Virus record (IMG/VR): IMGVR_UViG_3300020112_002303
Coordinates: 38,258 to 102,257 of that record
Origin: a virus
Taxonomy: Duplodnaviria > Caudoviricetes
DNA length: 64,000 bases
Strand: one strand, 5' to 3'
In this document: positions 57,397 through 64,000 of the stretch, one piece after another
How the letters are laid out: the number at the start of each line of letters is the position of its first letter
How positions within the stretch are numbered: position 1 is the first letter of the stretch
The notes under the pieces: generated by a model
What the model was told of the DNA's origin: nothing
What the model saw: the letters and a program-made list of their open reading frames with translations, nothing else
Database searches by the model: none
Translations under genes and position numbers: made by a program

Positions 57397-57469
57397 AAAC
57401 ACTGACGAGATTTGAACTCGCGACTTTAGATAGGGGGTATCTACGCTCTACCAACTGAGCTACAGTGTC
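57397..57469 (-). tRNA. tRNA-like RNA with aberrant anticodon loop (nominal CCC, Gly), no encoded CCA
   Basis: GACACTG TA GCTC AGTTGGTA GAGC G TAGAT ACCCCCT ATCTA AAGTC GCGAG TTCAAAT CTCGT CAGTGTT T. All four stems pair, but U33 and purine 37 are absent. Confidence 0.75.
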
Positions 57470-57477
57470 ATCTTTTC

Positions 57478-57496
57478 TTTTATTACTTATACTATA
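57478..57496 (-). promoter_or_regulatory. Variant phage promoter motif TATAGTATAAGTAATAAAA just upstream of the tRNA-like RNA
   Basis: Shares GTATAAGTAATAAAA with the other copies. Confidence 0.6.
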
Positions 57497-57509
57497 TTTT
57501 TGGGTGTTT

Positions 57510-57989
57510 TTAAACGATATTTATATCGTTGTCTTGCAAACCGAATACTGACTTAATACTTTTCGCCGTCATAATATCTGATATATCTATTGAATTTTCT
57601 TTCTGTAAATCTTTTGTGTTTATAACGATATCTCCTTTTTCATTATAAATATTTCCCTCAGAATCTATCGTTCTTTTTCTTGAAACATAAATATTGCAAT
57701 CATAAATAGACAGTTCAAGAATCATTATAATCAGTTCTTCGGCATCAGCAATTTTGCTATTGCATAAACTTATGCTTTTTAATAATGAAGAAATTTTTGC
57801 TGCGGATTCAGCTATTCTTTTAGTGTTACTGCACCCCGAAGCAATTTCCTTATTGATATTGACTTCTTCCGCTTTTATTTCTTTGCGCAATTCAGTCATC
57901 TTCATCATTTCTGTCTGTCTTGTATAATTTAATTCTTTGATTTTTTCAAGAAATTCTTTAGAATTTACAATTGTTTTTTGAGTTTCCAT
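57510..57989 (-). CDS. Coiled-coil hypothetical protein
   Basis: Coupled (TAATG) to the SbcC-like gene. Confidence 0.55.
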   Translation of the reverse strand: METQKTIVNSKEFLEKIKELNYTRQTEMMKMTELRKEIKAEEVNINKEIASGCSNTKRIAESAAKISSLLKSISLCNSKIADAEELIIMILELSIYDCNIYVSRKRTIDSEGNIYNEKGDIVINTKDLQKENSIDISDIMTAKSIKSVFGLQDNDINIV

Positions 57990-58630
57990 TATGATATCAC
58001 GCTCTCATTTTTATTTTCATCCCTGGCAACCGTAATTATCTGTTCACAAGTTTCTGCAAGATAATTATTATGAGTTACCATTATTACTTGTCTCCCAAAT
58101 TCTGATGCAGTCTTTTTTATAAATTCAGTTAATACCGGAATAAAGTTTTCCGATACCATTTTGAATGGCTCATCCATTATTATCGGACCATCTATCATTG
58201 GGTTGGAATAAGTCTGAATGATAACGAATCTCATTGCGGCAGAAATAATATCAATAACGCCACCGCCATTAGAATCAACGGGATTTGTTTTGAGTAATGT
58301 GGGAAGATGTAAAATATACATTGACGCTGACGGCTTTTTCTTCGTTTCCGATATCTCCAAAACCATTTTATAATCCGGACCTAAACTATATTGCAGTGCC
58401 ATTGTTCCTAAATCTTCAAGACTTTTTCTTGTAAATTCTCTTTGATGGGCTGACATTTTTTGAAGAACAAGAGCACACTCTTTTAATTCTTCAATGTTTA
58501 AATCTGCTATTTGATTGTTGACAGATTCTAAATCAGCTTCGTATTTATCTCGAAATGCACAATCTGTACTATATTCAGAGTTCATTTCTTGATATCTGTT
58601 TCTTAGTTCGGAAAGAGTTTGTTTTAACAA
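57989..58630 (-). CDS. SbcC/Rad50-like ABC ATPase, C-terminal half only
   Basis: Coiled coil, signature-like SNGGG, Walker B/D-loop IIMDEPF, H-loop VIMVTH; no Walker A. Confidence 0.75.
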   Translation of the reverse strand: MLKQTLSELRNRYQEMNSEYSTDCAFRDKYEADLESVNNQIADLNIEELKECALVLQKMSAHQREFTRKSLEDLGTMALQYSLGPDYKMVLEISETKKKPSASMYILHLPTLLKTNPVDSNGGGVIDIISAAMRFVIIQTYSNPMIDGPIIMDEPFKMVSENFIPVLTEFIKKTASEFGRQVIMVTHNNYLAETCEQIITVARDENKNESVIS

Positions 58631-58636
58631 TATTTC

Positions 58637-59161
58637 TCACTTCTTTCTTCTGATTTCTAAAATTTTTGATTCGATTTCATCCAATAATACAGGCTCATAA
58701 TTTGTTCTTTCAACAGATACGCATGCACTGCAATTTGTAAAATCCTCAAATTCCTTATTATTATGCTCGTGAGCATAAATATTCATAAGTATACTGTCAT
58801 TTGAGAATAGTCCGAACATCGGCTGATGACTTAAAATAATTCCTTGCCTTACAACTATTGGATATTTTGAAGCATTGCGAAATCCAATATCTCTATAATA
58901 CTTATCGGACTTTGTGTCGTGATTACCTTTAATTAAGGTTTTTGTTCCGTGAAGCCGTGATAGTATATTTCTCGATTTTTCTCTGCCGTAGAATGAGAAA
59001 TCACCGAGAAGAATAACCTCGTCATTCTTTTTGACGAGGTTATTCCATCTCTTAATTATTTCTTCATCCATTTCGGTTACTGATGAGAACGGTCTTTCGC
59101 AATAGGATATTACATTTTCATGCCCAAAATGAGGATCTCCTATTAGCCAAGTTTTATTCAT
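58637..59161 (-). CDS. Calcineurin-like metallophosphoesterase
   Basis: GDPHFGH, LGDF, GNHD, SHQP, AHEH. Confidence 0.9.
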   Translation of the reverse strand: MNKTWLIGDPHFGHENVISYCERPFSSVTEMDEEIIKRWNNLVKKNDEVILLGDFSFYGREKSRNILSRLHGTKTLIKGNHDTKSDKYYRDIGFRNASKYPIVVRQGIILSHQPMFGLFSNDSILMNIYAHEHNNKEFEDFTNCSACVSVERTNYEPVLLDEIESKILEIRRKK

Positions 59162-59413
59162 TTATTCCCATCCGTCCATAATTTCTTTTATTTCATCGAA
59201 TGACTTAGTAATTTTTTCTTCAAGAACTTTAACTTCTTCATCTGGAGAATTCACATTCTTAATTCCGAGTTCCGAAAGTTTGCTCTTGTATATTTTAAGA
59301 TTCTCTTCAAGCTGATCTTTTGTGGCTGAAGCTTTTAAAACTTCGTCTTTTTTCTTTTGAAATTTTTCCTTAAGTTCAATTAAGGTACTTTCAATTTCTT
59401 TTGAGTCTAACAT
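59162..59413 (-). CDS. Small coiled-coil protein
   Basis: RBS AAGGAG; 83 aa of heptads. Confidence 0.6.
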   Translation of the reverse strand: MLDSKEIESTLIELKEKFQKKKDEVLKASATKDQLEENLKIYKSKLSELGIKNVNSPDEEVKVLEEKITKSFDEIKEIMDGWE

Positions 59414-59425
59414 TTTAATTTCTCC

Positions 59426-62400
59426 TTACATTAAAACTTTATATTTGTATTTGTTTAATTTGTCTTTAGATATGGCATCCAAAACGCTTTTCTTGACTCT
59501 GTACTGCATTGGAACAAGCATTGAAATTCTCCCGAGCTGAATATATGTTGTATATTCTTTCCCGTGAGCATCTTTAGTTTTTCTTAAAAGGGCTACTATT
59601 TTTCTTGCTTCTGCCTTATTGTCAACATAAAAAATACATTTTTCGGATGTTTGCCTAATATCAACAACTGACATATCTGATAATATTATCTGTGGTGGAC
59701 GGTCATCGGAAACATCTGCGCTACCTTTTATTTCGTAAACCATATCTTCTTTCATATAGTCACGGAACTTTTGATAAGTTTGTGGCCATACTACGACTGA
59801 CGCTGAACCCGTCAAATCAGTAACGCTTAATATCGCCATCTGTTCCTTTTTCTTGGTTGTAACAAGTCTAACCTCTTCAACGACAGCTATAAATTTAAGA
59901 TTTTTTCTGTCAGACAATAACGAACTCGTTTTAATTATTCCTGTTTCATCATCAACAGTGTACTCGAATTCTTTTAAGTTTATATATGGAAAAGTATCTG
60001 CACAGTTCATGCAATCTCTTATTTGTTTTACATAAACATCGAGAGGATGCCCTGTAAGATAATGCCCCATATATTCTCTTTCAAGTCTGAGTCTTATATC
60101 AAGAGGAAATTCATTAAGTTTAGGAATTGCTTCTTCAAGTTTCAATAAAATTCTTTCTCTTAATGTAGTGTCACCGATTGTTCCTTCGGTAACTTTTTTC
60201 TTTATCGTTGGAGTTAAAACTTTACTGAAAATATCATCTGTCGCGGCAGTTAGTGAAGATTCTGTATAGCCGAAATCCTTGAATGCGCCGCAATTAGCCC
60301 AAGAATTGAATGATGACTTGTCTATTTTTGTTGCATTTCTTGCAAGAAAATCAGTTAAGCTCGAATATTTTCCCCGTTCATTTCTTTCTTTAACTATCGC
60401 TTCAACTGTTGGACCTTTTACGTTTTTACAACGAAGCGGATAAATAATTTGAGAAGATGATATCGGATTAAAATATTCTTCGGAATAATTGATATCAATG
60501 TCTGATACTGAAATGCCGCGCTTTTTGATGTAGGCCATGTACTTACTCATTGAAAATGGATTGCCCAATGAATAATCAAGAATTGCGCTGAAATACTCTG
60601 CTGGATAATAAAATGAAAGCCACGCTGTAACATACGCTATTGTTGCATATGCGGCGGCATGGCTCTTGTTGAACGAATATTTTGCGAACTCTTCCATTTC
60701 ATTAAAGAATGCTTCAAGATCTTTTTGAGAGTGACCTAAGGCAATTCCTCCCGGTATTTCTGTTTTATATTTTACAATTCTTCCTTTTTCATCTACGTCT
60801 TCAAGTTTTCTTCCATGGATAAACCATTGCTTATGTAGCGGCATTAGTTTTACCTTTTTCTTTGCAACGACACTCCTAAAATTATCGGAATCGCCTTTTG
60901 AATATCCCGCAATAGCAACAACAGCTCTCATACACTGTTCTTGATAACAGAGAATTCCAGAAGTAACTCCAAGAATGTCTTTAAGTTCCGAGAAAGCATA
61001 CTTTATTTTTCGTGGGTCAGCACGATTTTCAAGAATCTTACCAAGATATTGCATCGGACCCGGACGATACATTGCAATGCCTAATGTAACATCGTCGAGA
61101 TTCTGCGGTTTGAGCTTCATAAAGAACTCCGTCATTCCGGGGCTTTCAAGCTGGAATATACCGTCAGTCTGACCGTCACCCATCAACGAAAACGGTGCAG
61201 GGTCAGGAATAGTGTAAAGATATTTCAAATCGACATTGACATTGTGATTTTTCTTAATTCTCTTAATTGCCCTTTTGATAATTCCAAGTGTTTTTAAACC
61301 AAGGAAGTCCATTTTAAGCAGGTTAAGTGCTTCAAGATATCTTTTGTCAAGCTGAGATACAATATCATTATCTTTATTCCTTAAAATCGGAATATGTTCC
61401 GTTAAACCTTTTTCGTCAACAATAAGAACACCCGCTGCATGTCGGCTTGTAGATTTCGGCAAACCTTCAAGTTTCATTCCGATGTCAACGAGTTTCCTTG
61501 CTCTTTCATCTGACTCGCATAAATCTCTTAATTTTGAACTTACTTCCATTGCTTTTGGCAAGGTCATACCGATTTCCATTGGTATAGACTTTGCCACGAC
61601 ATCGACGAAAGTCGCCGAATAGTCAAGAGCTCTACCCACATCACGAATGATTGCACGCGACATCATATTCATCATAGTTAATACCTGACAAACTGATTTC
61701 TCGCCATATTTTCGTTTTGTGTAATCGATTACTTCCTGACGGCGCTCGTTGTCGAAGTCGGAGTCGATATCCATTTATACCCTATGTTTCCATATACTTT
61801 AACACTTATTTAAAAGTGGGATTAGACTATCTCTTCTATATAATAGTCAGTGCACTTCCAACCGTAACTCATCTTCGGTTGTACAATTAGTCGTTACATA
61901 TTATTAACAATCTTGTTAATCTTTACACGGTATTACCTGCTATCTTACGAAAGACCGTAGGCTTTCTTAGTCAGCTACTTCGTCTATGAATCTAGTCATA
62001 TCTCCTTGCAAGGTTTGATGACAAGTCTTATTCAACTGATACCGTTAGCACATAAAACTTATTGTTTTATGCACACCTCTGAGTAATAGAGTTCACACTG
62101 AATGCCCAATATCGTTTAGGCATGGATATTCTGTCTGGAGACAGAAAACGCTCAAAAAGTAAGTCGTATTTTATTGGGTCGATATGAGTAATTTCGAGAG
62201 CATATAAAACTATCGAACCCGCTCCCGATCCCCTGCCTGGCCCTGTCAAGATTGGCTCCCAATCAAACCTCGGTGCATCATCAGGGTCCTCTGTGCCGTC
62301 TCGACAAAAACGGAAAAAGTCCCAAGTAATTAAAAAGTAGTTTATAAATCCTAAATTCTTAATTACTTCTAATTCATAATCCGCTCTCTTCTTTAAATCC

Positions 62401-63362
62401 TCTGAAATCTCGCCATATCTTTGCTCTAAGCCCTCATAAGTAAGTTGACGTAAGAATTCCTCATTCGTACCGTTAAAGCTCTTGGGCGTGTGATAAGGCG
62501 GTAATTTCATTGTGTCAAAATCAATTTCAACATTACACCTTTCGCCGATTTTTACGGTGTTCTCGAGAGCTTCTCGTCCTTCAGGCGTATCTCCGAACAA
62601 CGAATACATTTCATCGGCAGACTTGACGTAAAATTGGTCTGACCCATACTTTTTACGCTTGTCGCTGAATATCGTCGTCTTTGCCTGAATTGCCATAAGA
62701 ATATCATGAGCTTCGTAATCTTCGGCGTCGATGTAGTGGCAGTCATTTGTGGCAACCAACGGAATACCCGTTTCTTTACTCATTCTTATTAGCATTGGAT
62801 TCAGCAGTTTTTGTTCCGGTAAACCGTGGTCTTGAAGTTCAAGGAAGAAATTACCCCTGCCAAAAATGCTATCATATTTTAATGCGCATTGTTTGGCGTT
62901 GTCGTATCCATACTCCAAAGCCCTCTGTTGTACCTCTCCTGCGATACAAGCACTAAGACATATAATTCCATTGTGCCACTTTTTAAGATGTTCTGCGTCC
63001 GTTCTGGGCTTTCTATACATACCATTAACAGATGCATCTGATACTATCTTAATTAAATTTGAATAACCTTCATTGTTTTCTGCTAATAAAACAAGATGGT
63101 AATTTGCATCATCTATTCCATTGTCCTTGTCTGTATTTGACCTCGGCGCAACATAAGTTTCGCAACCAAGTATCGTTTTTATTTTATCTTTTTTGAGAGT
63201 AGAATAAACTTCAACGATATTAAGCATTGTACCGTGGTCAGTTATAGCAATAGTATCCATACCTAAATCCATAAGCTTTTTAGCAAGACCTTCGGACTTA
63301 ATCATACTATCAGCAACAGAATAGGAAGTATGCACATGTAAATGTGTAAATTTATTCGCCAT
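59426..63362 (-). CDS. dnaE: DNA polymerase III alpha subunit, two exons (62118..63362 and 59426..61771), about 1196 aa spliced
   Basis: PHP HLHVHTSYS, GPGRGSGAGS, LLFERFL..DRISMP|DIDSDF, RHAAG, KMDFLGL, YSFNKSHA and a C-terminal OB fold. Confidence 0.95.
61772..62117 (-). ncRNA. Group I self-splicing intron (346 nt, no ORF) in dnaE
   Basis: The 5' exon ends in U (CCU) and the intron ends in G. P1 AUGCCU/GGGCAU has the U-G splice pair; P10 GAUAUU pairs with 3' exon GAUAUC; P7 GACUA/UAGUC lies in UAACGACUAA and AAGAGAUAGUCU. Removal restores the frame and motif. Confidence 0.92.
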
Positions 63363-63699
63363 TTTCCTGCTCCTTATATTTTAATAACTCTTTATAGTTA
63401 TCTAAAACACTTTGTAATACATTTTTTCCAATACTTGCATACCCACCATCATTTATTATCGGTATATTCTTTTCGAGATTGGATATTGCTCTTTTAAGTT
63501 CTTCGATACTCATGCCTTTTACACCTCGCAATTCTGTAAAAGTTGTTGTTTTGATGTTTGCGGATTGATTCATATCGTTGATTACATCGGAACAGATAGC
63601 GGTTCTCGTACAAAATCCTGCGGCATTACTGTAAGAGCAATATCGTCCAGCTCTTAAACAATAATATCCGATATGGTTTGTGTTATCGCCCATTGTCAT
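63352..63699 (-). CDS. Hypothetical protein with Cys-rich N-terminus
   Basis: RBS GAGGTGA; overlaps the dnaE start. Confidence 0.55.
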   Translation of the reverse strand: MTMGDNTNHIGYYCLRAGRYCSYSNAAGFCTRTAICSDVINDMNQSANIKTTTFTELRGVKGMSIEELKRAISNLEKNIPIINDGGYASIGKNVLQSVLDNYKELLKYKEQENGE

Positions 63700-63857
63700 T
63701 CCTTATCACCTCTCAACTCTCCATAGGAACAAAAATGTTGTTTTGATTTTACAGTATTGTCAAACTCGCAATATCCTTTGTTATGACTTTTGCAATATTC
63801 GGTATCCTTTTTGAAATGTTTGCATTTTTCACAAAAAACAACATAACGCATTGGCAT
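63696..63857 (-). CDS. 53-aa Cys-rich protein (not in ORF track)
   Basis: RBS GAGGTGA; MPMRYVVFCEKCKHF...GYC...HFCSYGE, a common small phage zinc-binding type. Confidence 0.6.
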   Translation of the reverse strand: MPMRYVVFCEKCKHFKKDTEYCKSHNKGYCEFDNTVKSKQHFCSYGELRGDKE

Positions 63858-64000
63858 TACTTATCACCTCGCAACATATCAATAATTGTGTCAACTTTAT
63901 GTTGGTAATTGATGTCCAATTCATTTAATTCTTTTCTAATTTGAGATATCTCATATCGTGCAAGACCAATTACAAGTAAAATTATTGTTGTAGTAAGCCA
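63857..64000 (-). CDS. Partial hypothetical membrane protein (5' end outside window)
   Basis: Open frame LTTTIILLVIGLARYE...RGDK stop, with TAATG coupling. Confidence 0.45.
   Translation of the reverse strand, partial: WLTTTIILLVIGLARYEISQIRKELNELDINYQHKVDTIIDMLRGDK

Noticed and set aside
57397-57469. Functional tRNA-Gly(CCC) or an integration site
   Set aside because: Lacks U33, purine 37, Gly acceptor identity and CCA; no duplicated 3' end seen. Kept only as tRNA-like.
59426-63362. Naturally split dnaE or split intein
   Set aside because: No intein residues at the junction; the gap has group I intron pairings and precise removal restores RISMPDIDSDF.
1-64000. Stop-codon reassignment, diversity-generating retroelement, terminase or portal genes
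   Set aside because: Genes are full length in the standard code; no reverse transcriptase or TR/VR pair was seen; no recognisable terminase or portal lies in this window (probably elsewhere in the genome).

Overview
64 kb of a large, AT-rich (roughly 33-35% GC by eye) contractile-tailed (myovirus-like) phage genome. The host is probably a Gram-positive Firmicute, judged from the strong AAGGAGG RBSs, sigmaA-like promoters, 3D and M23 wall hydrolases and a sporulation-type sigma homologue. No host flanks are visible. The + strand arm (1.4-40.7 kb) is the virion module: prohead protease, scaffolds, two paralogous decoration proteins, major capsid protein, neck, sheath, tube, -1 frameshifted tail chaperones, tape measure and baseplate. 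It continues with a tyrosine recombinase and a cluster of basic accessory proteins. The - strand arm (40.7-64 kb, plus 1-1.3 kb) carries replication genes: DnaE interrupted by a 346-nt group I intron in the PDIDxDF motif, primase-ATPase, SF2 and SNF2 helicases, an SbcC-like half ATPase, a phosphoesterase, HU and a probable SSB. The most striking unexplained signal is that ten unrelated proteins (a sigma factor, a SNF2 ATPase, a KTSC protein, HExxE paralogues, Gly/Ala-helix proteins) share an N-terminal tag, MSQLLMEK[IVMQ]A or a variant. Its K-x-A end recurs throughout the protease, scaffolds and capsid N-terminus, suggesting a protease-cleaved capsid-loading signal for injected cargo. Other signals are a repeated palindrome/poly-T promoter cassette in front of tagged genes, a phage-specific promoter motif TCTCGTATAAGTAATAAAA, a candidate multi-anti-RBS small RNA, a tRNA-shaped RNA with an aberrant anticodon loop, and a dif-like site. 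All family calls come from motif recognition by eye, not database searches.
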